Part shown: piece by piece, positions 17,559-26,606 of the stretch
Position numbering within the stretch: the stretch's first letter is position 1
How the letters are laid out: every line of letters begins with the position of its first letter
IMG/VR virus record: IMGVR_UViG_3300042384_000211
Location: 64,001-128,000 of that record
Reading direction: 5' to 3' (one strand)
From: a virus
Length of the DNA: 64,000 nucleotides
Made by a program: the position numbers and the translations under genes
Notes under the pieces: generated by a model
Databases searched by the model: none
What the model was told of the DNA's origin: nothing
The model's input: the letters and a program-made list of their open reading frames with translations, nothing else

Positions 17559-18289
17559 CGCCCATCGTCGTGTTCAACAAGCGCACTACAACTTTCTACC
17601 CAGTCACCATCGTTCATATAGATCATACCGTTGGGCATGTGTTTGATTTCCGGAGTATGTATATGTCCGCAGATTACACCATCGTATCCACGTTTGGCCG
17701 CATAGTCAGTTAGATTAGTTTCAAATTTAAATACAAAGTCTATTGCTTTCTTAACTTTATGTTTGAGATACTTACTAAGACTCCAATAGCCAAATCCCAA
17801 CTTACTTCTGCAGTAGTTAAAATAGTTGTTAAACCATAAAGCTACATCGTAGGCCTTATCACCTAAAAATCCAATCCATGGTGCTAACCTAGTAATACCA
17901 TCAAACATATCGCCGTGTGTAATTAGAAACAATTCTCCATCTACACTGCGATACTCTGCTTGATTAACAATACGTATACGGCCTAGACTAAAATGATGTT
18001 GTACCAGAGGACGGAGGAATTCGTCATGGTTACCGGTCACATAGGTTACATTACATCCTCGTTTACTGTAGCCTAGTATTCGTCGAATAACATTAGTGTG
18101 CGATTGTTTCCATGCCCACTTGTTCTGTTGTATCTTCCACCCATCAATGATGTCACCTATTAGGAATAGATTATCACAGGTGTGATGTTTGAGAAAGTTA
18201 TTCAGCAATTCAGCTTTAGCATCTTTAGTGCCAAGGTGAAAGTCAGATATACAAATTGTTTTGTATCTAATTAAGGGAACAGTGACCAT
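17522..18289 (-). CDS. Metallophosphoesterase, PlcP/LpxH-like
   Basis: ISDFHLG, GDIIDGW, GNHDEFLR, HGD, CGHIH, YMNDGDWVES. Confidence 0.85.
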   Translation of the reverse strand: MVTVPLIRYKTICISDFHLGTKDAKAELLNNFLKHHTCDNLFLIGDIIDGWKIQQNKWAWKQSHTNVIRRILGYSKRGCNVTYVTGNHDEFLRPLVQHHFSLGRIRIVNQAEYRSVDGELFLITHGDMFDGITRLAPWIGFLGDKAYDVALWFNNYFNYCRSKLGFGYWSLSKYLKHKVKKAIDFVFKFETNLTDYAAKRGYDGVICGHIHTPEIKHMPNGMIYMNDGDWVESCSALVEHDDGRWAIVYWNHIIQ

Positions 18290-18360
18290 ATGCCAATGGC
18301 CGCCATGATCGCTAATATACCACTAATTTCTTTTACAGCTTCTATAAAAATCTCAAACAT
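18271..18360 (-). CDS. Putative 29-aa membrane peptide
   Basis: MFEIFIEAVKEISGILAIMAAIGIWSLFP*, AGGA SD, fills the gap between porin and phosphoesterase. Confidence 0.45.
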   Translation of the reverse strand: MFEIFIEAVKEISGILAIMAAIGIWSLFP

Positions 18361-18371
18361 AGTTTTTCCTA

Positions 18372-19799
18372 TTAGAAGTTGTACTGCAATTGCACACGTA
18401 GGGCATCTGCTTTAAAGTTAGCATAGTCTTGTTTTGCTATTGTAGTAGCAGTTGCTCCTGTTACTAAATTGCTACGGTTCATCATATGATAGTAAGCCAC
18501 AAGTTCAACTTCTGGAGCAATTTGCCATTCAGCTCCTATCTCCCAATCGTTAACCTTGTTCATCGGTGAGTTAGTTTCTGCTTTTGACGCACCATCAAAG
18601 TATTGCCATCTAACAAATGGAATTAAAGTACCATTAGTATCTAACACTTTGAAGTTGTCAATCTTATACATAGTTTGAATGTAGCCACCGTTTAAGTTAG
18701 TTTCTTTGATAATACCATCAGTGCTAGCAGTAGTATCTAAGCCAGGAGTTTTACCCCAGTTCCACTCACCTTGTAGACCTAATGGCTGTGGGTACATCAT
18801 AAAACTTACACCCACACGTTGATCTTTAAAACCAGTTGTGTTGCCTGCTTCTAATGTTGGTGTTTTAGTTGCGTAAACATTGTTGCCCATATTTTTTCTA
18901 TATGCACTACCTGTTCTTACATACTTGCCCGAGTAACCTTGTACACCAGCTTCGTAGATTTGACCGCTTTCGGTTTTCCATGGGTAAGTAGCACGTGCCA
19001 CAACGTGGTAGTTGTCATTACGATCTTGTTGGTTAGCACCTTGACCATTATAAACACCCAAGGCAACCATACCGTAGTTACCCGAATGTTTTAAACCGCC
19101 GTCTTGAATTTCTTTAAAGAGCTTTTGAACGTTGTCCGGTGTGTAGTAATAAAACGCACCCAAATCACGCTCGTCACGTACTGCACTATTAAATGCGTCA
19201 GCGCGATCAAGTGCTAGACGATTTTGTGAAGATTGTAAGTTTTCAAAGCCATATGGTACTTTACTTTGTCCAACACGAACGCGGTGTACTTTGTCTTTGG
19301 TCAAGTTAACATCACCATAAGCATCACGCAGTTGCGCTACGTTACCTGTGGTACCTGCTGTACTAGCAAAGTCAGGTTGAATATAATAATCCAAACGCTC
19401 ACCAGCTGAACCAGAAATGATCACACGTGCTCGACGGATAAGAAAGTTTTTGTCTTGATCAGCAAGAGAGTTTTTATTACCTACAGATCGATCTGACCAA
19501 AGGTTGACTCCTTCGTCACCACTAAGCATAGTAGTATTGCGCACTTGTAAATAGCCACGAATGTTCATTTTACTAGCCGCATGTACAGTGGTATCTTTTT
19601 CTTTTTTAACTGCGCCTATTTCACCAGTATGGCCTTTGTTTAGCAGTGCGCCTTCTTCTTCTGTAAGTACACCTTTCATAACCAGTGCATTAACAATGTC
19701 TGTGGTACTGTCTGCGTGAGCTTGTTTTAATCCTGCCATTGATAGTGCAAATGCTATTACTACATAATACATTATTGATTTAACTTGTTGTATGGTCAT
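18372..19799 (-). CDS. Phosphate-selective porin OprO/OprP family
   Basis: FLIRRARV, LRDAY, GQSKVPYGFENLQSSQNRLALDR, RDLG, C-terminal QYNF. Confidence 0.85.
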   Translation of the reverse strand: MTIQQVKSIMYYVVIAFALSMAGLKQAHADSTTDIVNALVMKGVLTEEEGALLNKGHTGEIGAVKKEKDTTVHAASKMNIRGYLQVRNTTMLSGDEGVNLWSDRSVGNKNSLADQDKNFLIRRARVIISGSAGERLDYYIQPDFASTAGTTGNVAQLRDAYGDVNLTKDKVHRVRVGQSKVPYGFENLQSSQNRLALDRADAFNSAVRDERDLGAFYYYTPDNVQKLFKEIQDGGLKHSGNYGMVALGVYNGQGANQQDRNDNYHVVARATYPWKTESGQIYEAGVQGYSGKYVRTGSAYRKNMGNNVYATKTPTLEAGNTTGFKDQRVGVSFMMYPQPLGLQGEWNWGKTPGLDTTASTDGIIKETNLNGGYIQTMYKIDNFKVLDTNGTLIPFVRWQYFDGASKAETNSPMNKVNDWEIGAEWQIAPEVELVAYYHMMNRSNLVTGATATTIAKQDYANFKADALRVQLQYNF

Positions 19800-19836
19800 T
19801 AATATTCCCCTTATATATATTATTTAAACACACAAA

Positions 19837-19865
19837 GATTACAGTAATGTTACAAATAGATTAAA
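19837..19865 (-). promoter_or_regulatory. Pho-box-like triple direct repeat
   Basis: TTTAATC-tatt-TGTAACA-ttac-TGTAATC at exact 11-bp spacing upstream of the OprP-like porin. Confidence 0.55.
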
Positions 19866-19888
19866 TTTTTAATACACATAGCCAAAAT

Positions 19889-19910
19889 AAAACCCGCCTC
19901 AGCGGGTTTA
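19889..19910. terminator. Intrinsic terminator
   Basis: AAACCCGC-CTCA-GCGGGTTT. Confidence 0.75.
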
Positions 19911-19924
19911 TTGTTTTGAAGTAG

Positions 19925-20086
19925 TTAGATCCTAACCACTGACCACTTACCATTGAACGGCTTACCTTCGGCCTTGTGTTTCAGTATCTTCGTAAACTCT
20001 TTTTTCTTAAGTTTAACAATGGTTTCTGTATCATGGTCGAGACAAGCACGATATAACTTAGTGAGTAATTTACTCTGTTTCATCAT
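19925..20086 (-). CDS. Small basic hypothetical protein (53 aa, not in ORF track)
   Basis: MMKQSKLLTKLYRACLDHDTETIVKLKKKEFTKILKHKAEGKPFNGKWSVVRI*, AAGGAGG SD, own terminator. Confidence 0.75.
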   Translation of the reverse strand: MMKQSKLLTKLYRACLDHDTETIVKLKKKEFTKILKHKAEGKPFNGKWSVVRI

Positions 20087-20130
20087 GATGTCCTCCTTGT
20101 GTACTATTTACACTAATTGTTAAAATAAAA

Positions 20131-20160
20131 GATTACAATTTAGATTACATATAGATTAAA
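20131..20160 (-). promoter_or_regulatory. Second Pho-box-like repeat
   Basis: TTTAATC-tata-TGTAATC-taaat-TGTAATC (11 and 12 bp spacing). Confidence 0.45.
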
Positions 20161-20183
20161 AAAGCCCCAGTTAAGGGGCTTTT
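20158..20183. terminator. Intrinsic terminator after porin
   Basis: AAAAGCCCC-AGTTAA-GGGGCTTTT. Confidence 0.8.
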
Positions 20184-20208
20184 TAATTATTAGACTAAGA
20201 AGTAAATC

Positions 20209-21420
20209 TTAGAAGAATAAGATAGCACCTGCTGATACTGAACGTGATTTACCTTCTGCACCGTTTTGTGCTTCTGATTTAACGTCTGAGTATTCAGCAA
20301 CTAAGTTCACGTGTTTTGTGAGTGGGTGATAAGCACCAACAGTCCACATTTCGTTTTTCGAAACTAAAGCTGTAGCTGTTTCGCCACTGTTACGATCTAA
20401 TTTACTTTGACCATAACTTAGACCAAGTTTGGTAGCAGTAGGCAATGTGTATGTACCTTGCACGTAGCCGCCATTTGAATCACGACGTTTACCTGTAGCA
20501 TCAAAGCCGTCTAGTAATTGTAGTGAACGGCCAATACCTTTACCATCAAAGTAGTAAGCAGTTAACCCGTATGGACCAGCAGACAAGTTTGTACCAACGT
20601 CCCATGCATAAGCACGGCTGTCGGCGTTAGCACCAGATAGGCCTTCAACTTTTTGTGAAATAGCACTTGACCAAACTTTAGCAGCAATAGGGCCTGCTAG
20701 TGAGTAAGATACTTTACCTTCGAATGCTGGTTGAGCGCCGCCACGTCCTGTTGAAGTAGCTGAAGCAGCTTGTACACCTGCTGTTACTGCATTTAAGTCA
20801 GCTGTTTGAGCATTCCATGCTTGTGTTACACCAGCAGTGAATTGGAAGCCGTCGAAGTTTGGTGATGTGTAGGCAACTTGTGATTTCCAGTCAGCGTACA
20901 TATAACCAGTCCCAATACGACCTAACGTTGTTGTGTTACCAGCTAGTGCACCAGCGCCTGCACCAACACCCAGCAATGTCATGTCGTTAAGGATTGCATC
21001 AGAAGCGTAGATACCTAAATCTTTACCTAGTTTTACACTACCCCATGATTTATCACCGATGGTTAAGAATGCTTGACGATTTTCTTGGTTAGCTGTTTGA
21101 ATACCGGCTTGTGTTGTAGAAGCACCCGGATTGATAGCAATTGTAAAACCGATGTCTAGATCATTTTGACGTGACTTACCAGAAACTGATAATACGTTTG
21201 GTAATAAACCAGTTGTGATATTTGATTCGTTACGTTGACCTGTAGCATTAGGTCCACCTAGACCACCAACTACTGCACTGCCTGTGCCGCGTGTGTTTGT
21301 GTAGTAAGCGTTTACAACGCCACCGATGTCTAGTGTCCAATCACCAGCTGGAATTTGAATGCCAGCGTGAGCAGTTGAATACATACTTGCTAATAATGTT
21401 GCTAATAATAATTTCTTCAT
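20209..21420 (-). CDS. Gram-negative outer membrane porin
   Basis: MKKLLLA signal peptide with AGGAG SD, YTSPNFDGFQF, C-terminal Phe. Confidence 0.88.
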   Translation of the reverse strand: MKKLLLATLLASMYSTAHAGIQIPAGDWTLDIGGVVNAYYTNTRGTGSAVVGGLGGPNATGQRNESNITTGLLPNVLSVSGKSRQNDLDIGFTIAINPGASTTQAGIQTANQENRQAFLTIGDKSWGSVKLGKDLGIYASDAILNDMTLLGVGAGAGALAGNTTTLGRIGTGYMYADWKSQVAYTSPNFDGFQFTAGVTQAWNAQTADLNAVTAGVQAASATSTGRGGAQPAFEGKVSYSLAGPIAAKVWSSAISQKVEGLSGANADSRAYAWDVGTNLSAGPYGLTAYYFDGKGIGRSLQLLDGFDATGKRRDSNGGYVQGTYTLPTATKLGLSYGQSKLDRNSGETATALVSKNEMWTVGAYHPLTKHVNLVAEYSDVKSEAQNGAEGKSRSVSAGAILFF

Positions 21421-21571
21421 TACGATACTTCTCCTTTTATTGGATAACACTAATATGTTATACTATCAGTGTATAGTATTTATAATGATGTGTCAACCTT
21501 TTGTTGTTTTTTGATAACATTGTTGTAAAAATACAACAGTTATTAATACCGTTACAGTATCGATTCTGCTG

Positions 21572-22927
21572 TTATTGCCCTTGTATTACAGTTATTGCCT
21601 GACAGGCACTAGCGCAACTACTATTAATACTGTAAAACTGTTGCACTGTACCTTGCTGATTTAAGTTTAAACTTCTAGCACCTGCTCCACTTAGAGTAAT
21701 GTCAGCCATGTGTGCAGCACTGCCCTGTTGAGTTATGTCTACTGTCTTATTACCGCCACTTACTGTCAAATCTAAGTGGTGATTGCCTGCGTCTTTCTGC
21801 AAGACCGAGACTGTATTAGCATTATTGTTAACTGTCGCGTATACACCCTTGGCGCCGCCTGTACTCTGCTGGATAACATCAACGTTATTATTGTTACCGA
21901 GAATATTTAAATCGGTATAGTTTGCAACAGTTGACGCTGTACCAGATTGGGTTATATCAACTGTATTTGAACTACCATTTCCGTAGTAGTCAACATAGTT
22001 ATTTCTTGTGCCGGTTTGATTTACCACAATGGTATTGTTGTTGCCTATCTGTTCAATGTACACCTGACTGTCCTGTGTTGTCCTATTGATAAAGGCCTGC
22101 ATAGAAGCTGATTTTTCAACGTCTATAGAAAAGGCGGCTGAACTACCGCCACAACATAAACTAGGAGCAACTGGTTCTGCAGGTGGAGCAGTAGACCCGG
22201 CATTAGGAGCCACAGCACCAAATGTCTGCCCATTCAATGCAGTAGTGCCCTGAATTTCATCTATAAACAACATCGGGCTTAGTGCTGTATCACCAAGATT
22301 AAATGAGGCAAATCCTAATATGTACGTACCAGTTTCTGGCACTGTAAAGCGAGCCTGTTGCCACCCAGTTGAACCATAAGAACCTGTAGCATAGTTACCT
22401 GTACCAGGATTAGTAAATCCCAGTAGAGCATAGCGTTGTTGACTGTTGTTTAAGTTAGGAGTAATACCACCATTGGTAGCATGTGTCAGAGTCATCATAC
22501 TGCCGTCATTAAAGGGTGTATAGTCCGTACTTAAATAATTCCAACCAAATGTATATGTGGTTCCTGCTTGTAGAGATATTTCTCGTTTGATCCAAGAAGC
22601 ATTAGTAGGAGTAGCATTACCACCACCTCCATTTTGACTTTGAAATGTTAAGTAGTTTCTTATGGCTGTATTTTCTACTGAAGTTAATCCTAACTGAGTA
22701 GTGGCCGTATTGAACTGCACACTGCCTGTGGGTTGAAGACGACCCATCTTTGTACCATAAGGATTCACTGTCCAATTCTTTCCGCCACCGGGACTGACAC
22801 TGGTAGTGCCCAATACTGTAACATCACCGCCGCTTGCGGTCCAGCCAGTTAAATTGCCAGACTCAAACCCCAACTGGGCCAGAGCATTATTACATATGAA
22901 TAACATAACAAGTGCAATTAATCTCAT
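21572..22927 (-). CDS. Secreted protein: N-terminal beta-sandwich-like domain plus C-terminal curlin-type repeats
   Basis: Signal peptide; GFESGNLTGW domain; VYIEQIGNNNTIVVNQTG, NTVDITQSG, NNVDVIQQ, KTVDITQQG. Confidence 0.7.
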   Translation of the reverse strand: MRLIALVMLFICNNALAQLGFESGNLTGWTASGGDVTVLGTTSVSPGGGKNWTVNPYGTKMGRLQPTGSVQFNTATTQLGLTSVENTAIRNYLTFQSQNGGGGNATPTNASWIKREISLQAGTTYTFGWNYLSTDYTPFNDGSMMTLTHATNGGITPNLNNSQQRYALLGFTNPGTGNYATGSYGSTGWQQARFTVPETGTYILGFASFNLGDTALSPMLFIDEIQGTTALNGQTFGAVAPNAGSTAPPAEPVAPSLCCGGSSAAFSIDVEKSASMQAFINRTTQDSQVYIEQIGNNNTIVVNQTGTRNNYVDYYGNGSSNTVDITQSGTASTVANYTDLNILGNNNNVDVIQQSTGGAKGVYATVNNNANTVSVLQKDAGNHHLDLTVSGGNKTVDITQQGSAAHMADITLSGAGARSLNLNQQGTVQQFYSINSSCASACQAITVIQGQ

Positions 22928-24012
22928 CTGCGTAACACTCCAGAATTCTGTTTAATACGCACTACATTACCACCCGGATCACCCGAACCAATTATAGCCG
23001 AAGCTATGTTGTCATCATGTGTAATTTCAATCGAAGTATTACTTTCGTAGCCCTGTGTTTTAACTTCAGCATAGTGATCTTCGCTTTGGCGGAACGCAAC
23101 GCCTCGACCACGTGCTTGAATAGTATCACCGTCGGGTCGTTCCCATCTCACACAGATATTAGTTGTTGGATTACAACCGGTTTTGCCGCTATCGAAACTG
23201 TAAGGTAGTACCACAGCCTTAGCGTCGGGTTCGTTGTCCATACGCTGTGACATTTGACTGACCTGTATAGCTTCCAATTCTTCTTGTTCTAGTTCGCGTT
23301 TACTTTTTGCCGCGTCTTTACTAGCTCGAATAATTTCTGGCGGGCGAGCAATAATAAGACTGTTGCCAATCTTACCTTCAACTGTATTAATAATAACCGG
23401 AGGACTAGGCATCATGTTAGCACTGGTTACATAGGTACCTTCAAATGCTTTGTCTAGGGTAACTATGCCAGCAAGTGTACTGACTTCAATCTTGCCTACT
23501 TTACATAAGTTTTCTTCTAGCTCGTATTCTTTGATCTTTTCGCCTTCTTTACAGCTAGGTACAAGAATTACTAGACTCTGCCCTGCTTCGTCTACAGTCA
23601 TGTTAAAGTCTGTACCTCGAACAGCAATTGATGCTGTGGGGGTTTTAATGTCTACTCGTTGTGGATTATTTTTAGCAATTTGTCCACTGGCATAACGTAC
23701 TGTGCCCATACCTACTTTAAGAGCTAGCTTGCCTGCATCGGATTTTTTAGGATCAAAAACAAAGTCGTCTATCATTAGTCGACTGTTTTCTGTTATTTTT
23801 ACTTTGGTGTCATCTTTAAATGTAATGTTGCTAACACAGCCGCCTGTAACATAGGTATCCATACTTTCTATGGCGGCACCTTTATTACCAGGCAGGGTCT
23901 GTTTAGCACGCTCTATTGAGCAAGCGGTACCTTTAGTATCGCTTACTGTCCCAATGCCCGCCCATGCGTTAGTAACTGCTACTAAGCATGCTATTGCAAG
24001 CAATAGTTTCAT
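22924..24012 (-). CDS. FecR-domain secreted/periplasmic protein
   Basis: ITFKDDTKVKITENSRLMID, GTVRYASG, IKTPTASIAVRGTDF. Confidence 0.85.
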   Translation of the reverse strand: MKLLLAIACLVAVTNAWAGIGTVSDTKGTACSIERAKQTLPGNKGAAIESMDTYVTGGCVSNITFKDDTKVKITENSRLMIDDFVFDPKKSDAGKLALKVGMGTVRYASGQIAKNNPQRVDIKTPTASIAVRGTDFNMTVDEAGQSLVILVPSCKEGEKIKEYELEENLCKVGKIEVSTLAGIVTLDKAFEGTYVTSANMMPSPPVIINTVEGKIGNSLIIARPPEIIRASKDAAKSKRELEQEELEAIQVSQMSQRMDNEPDAKAVVLPYSFDSGKTGCNPTTNICVRWERPDGDTIQARGRGVAFRQSEDHYAEVKTQGYESNTSIEITHDDNIASAIIGSGDPGGNVVRIKQNSGVLRR

Positions 24013-24015
24013 TGA

Positions 24016-24801
24016 CTATCTCACTATTGCTGATACTGGACTTACTATAGCGCCGCTACTCGAACGAACAGTAATTGTATTATTATTACCGGTTGTGCTG
24101 ATATTAAATGTAGTATCATTTGTACCTTGTTGCTGTGTAGTAATACTGTTAAAATCACCTGTAGTTGAGGTAACTAAACTATGACCAGCACTACCTGCAG
24201 CATCAATTTGTTGTATATTGAATATGTTGTTACTACCACTAATAGTGTTGGTAATATCAGCGTTGCTAGTAGTTACAGTAGTGGTCAATTGGTTACTACC
24301 ACCGTTAATAGTAGTTGATAATGCATTATCACTACCAACAATATTAGTAATCAACATATTAGTACTACCAGTAACAGTTTCAGTAACAGTATTACGCATA
24401 CCATTAGTGTTAGTATCACCGATTGTAAGTTTGCTTTGATTACCGTCACCAGTTAGAGTACTTGTAAAGCTATTATTTCCACCTTTGATGTTGTACTGTG
24501 ATTGGTTATCATCGCCGGTTTGTGTAATAGTAACACCGTTATTGCTACCGTTAATTGTAGCATAATTACTTGTACTAGGTGCTGTTACTGTTAATGTACT
24601 TAGACCTGTTGCGTCAACTGCTACACTACCAGCAATACCACCAACATCGTTTGTGCCGCCGACTTGTTCAATTGTAACAATATTGGTGCTACCTAATTGT
24701 TCAATGTAAACACGGTTAGGTCCTGTTGGACCTGCGGCCATCAATGATGTTGATAACGCTAAAAACATCATACTTACTGTTGCTTTTAAATTATATTTCA
24801 T
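24016..24801 (-). CDS. Curlin-repeat protein (CsgA/CsgB-like)
   Basis: Signal peptide; NRVYIEQLGSTNIVTIEQVG, NNGVTITQTGDDN, NSITTQQQGTN. Confidence 0.75.
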   Translation of the reverse strand: MKYNLKATVSMMFLALSTSLMAAGPTGPNRVYIEQLGSTNIVTIEQVGGTNDVGGIAGSVAVDATGLSTLTVTAPSTSNYATINGSNNGVTITQTGDDNQSQYNIKGGNNSFTSTLTGDGNQSKLTIGDTNTNGMRNTVTETVTGSTNMLITNIVGSDNALSTTINGGSNQLTTTVTTSNADITNTISGSNNIFNIQQIDAAGSAGHSLVTSTTGDFNSITTQQQGTNDTTFNISTTGNNNTITVRSSSGAIVSPVSAIVR

Positions 24802-24834
24802 CGTCGTGCTCCTTGGATTTTTAAAATCCTATTA

Positions 24835-25701
24835 TTATTTTATTGTTTCTAACAGCGGGTATGTTATACCATCTGTTTGTACTACAGGCTTAGGTTCTTC
24901 TTTGTAAGACCAATGCCCTTTACGAACCCCTTCTCGAATAGTAGCAATCACGGCCGCTTTTACTGCTAGGCTTGTTGCTTTATTGATACTTTCATTGATA
25001 CTCATACCAGTTTCAGCTTCGACGGCTTTTGTGCCTTCTTCAACAAACTTTAATACACCAAGTTTGTCCATGTAGCTTAATACTGTTTTAGTAACTGTTA
25101 CAGTTGTTAATACTTCACCTGTATTAACACTTACTGTTCTTAATGTAACCGTTACTGTATCACTTTGGTATTGCGTTTGTGCGCCAATACCTAGTATACG
25201 AACACCACTACCACCCGTAAGCAGGTTACTATCGTAGCCTGTTATACTTCCTTCAACAATAACACCAGCAAACATCATTGGTGGTAATGCCTTAGCTTCA
25301 CGACCTTGATATTGTTCACGCATCTGACGAATCATCTGACGTTCTTTAATCAAATTGTCTAACCCTACACGTTCTAACACAGTAAACCAACGTTGGTCGC
25401 CTACATCTTGTAGGGCGCCAATTAGGTATGCTTCTGCACCTTGCGATACTGCTGTACTAAAACTAGCCACGTTGGGTACATTTTTACGCTGTCCGGTTTT
25501 ATCTAAGAAACTATATACTGCTACCGGAACGGGGCCGCCGCTCGGAGGTAATACCTTATTCTCTGGTTTAGTAAAGTATGTTTCACGTACTATCTCAGGT
25601 TTATCAAATTGCTCACTTGTTATTTGTTCACGGATAGCACTACTTGTTGCACATCCTGTTAACAGTGCGGTTATTAATAAGGATATAAGTGTTTTATTCA
25701 T
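24835..25701 (-). CDS. csgG: Curli secretion channel lipoprotein CsgG
   Basis: LTGC lipobox, VAVYSFLDKTGQRK, FSTAVSQG, VLERVGLDNLIKERQMIR. Confidence 0.93.
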   Translation of the reverse strand: MNKTLISLLITALLTGCATSSAIREQITSEQFDKPEIVRETYFTKPENKVLPPSGGPVPVAVYSFLDKTGQRKNVPNVASFSTAVSQGAEAYLIGALQDVGDQRWFTVLERVGLDNLIKERQMIRQMREQYQGREAKALPPMMFAGVIVEGSITGYDSNLLTGGSGVRILGIGAQTQYQSDTVTVTLRTVSVNTGEVLTTVTVTKTVLSYMDKLGVLKFVEEGTKAVEAETGMSINESINKATSLAVKAAVIATIREGVRKGHWSYKEEPKPVVQTDGITYPLLETIK

Positions 25702-25710
25702 GTATATTCC

Positions 25711-26208
25711 TTAAAAATAAAATGAGCCTGCAGGCACTTTCATTGTTGTAATATTATTAACGTTAGCTAGGTCCTGTATAGTGATGATAATTAACCCATT
25801 ATCATTACCTGCACCCAAACTCCATTGAATACTATTTCCGCCTAAGTTTGGAATATTACCGCATACTACACCCGCTGTAGTACAAGTAGCACCTTCTCCA
25901 AACATACTGTCAGTTAGTTGTTTAGCCAACTGACTATAAATTCTTGATTCCAGATTAGCAATAAAGCGTGCCTGCGGAGTATTAAGTGCAGCAGATTCTG
26001 CTTTATCTCGAATAGCTTCTGCGGCAGATTCGCGCTTGTCTTTTGCTTGATCCTCTAATTGTTTAATCGTAAGGGCATGTATACCAAATCCTTGTCCGTG
26101 AAATGCCGGACTATTAAAGGTGTGTACCATTTCTGCGGCCTGCGCAATATTAGCGCCAGCAGTTAGCACGACGACCATTAAAAGATTGTAGAACATAGAT
26201 TTAATCAT
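25711..26208 (-). CDS. csgF: Curli assembly protein CsgF
   Basis: Mature N-term AEMVHTFNSPAFHG, FIANLESRIYSQLAKQL, adjacent to csgG. Confidence 0.82.
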   Translation of the reverse strand: MIKSMFYNLLMVVVLTAGANIAQAAEMVHTFNSPAFHGQGFGIHALTIKQLEDQAKDKRESAAEAIRDKAESAALNTPQARFIANLESRIYSQLAKQLTDSMFGEGATCTTAGVVCGNIPNLGGNSIQWSLGAGNDNGLIIITIQDLANVNNITTMKVPAGSFYF

Positions 26209-26279
26209 GTGAAAGCCCCTGTTAGTATTATTTAACGGGGGCTCATTGATAAATTATAGTGTATTATTACTTAACCGTT

Positions 26280-26606
26280 TTAGTCGGATACTACTGCTTC
26301 TGCTTCGTTAATACGTCTGATAATTTCTTCGTAAAATGTATCTACCTCACCACCAAATTTACCTATTAGATAATTAGCAGCATCTCGACAGTAACTATAC
26401 TGTTTAGACTGGTATCCGTTAATAAACTCATGATGTAATTTAACCCACGATTCTAATTGTGGCATGTCAGTTAGCGTTATTTTATCTGCAGGTATAACAC
26501 AAAATACTGCCAATGGTTGGCCTTCGACATCTATTGTTTCTAGATCTAGTACTGTGTATTTTTCTCGGAGTTTTCCTGCATTTTCTTTACCGAATATAAT
26601 TTCCAT
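26280..26606 (-). CDS. Hypothetical protein resembling the C-terminal region of the class III cyclase
   Basis: By-eye similarity to the last ~100 aa of 13088..15100. Confidence 0.55.
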   Translation of the reverse strand: MEIIFGKENAGKLREKYTVLDLETIDVEGQPLAVFCVIPADKITLTDMPQLESWVKLHHEFINGYQSKQYSYCRDAANYLIGKFGGEVDTFYEEIIRRINEAEAVVSD

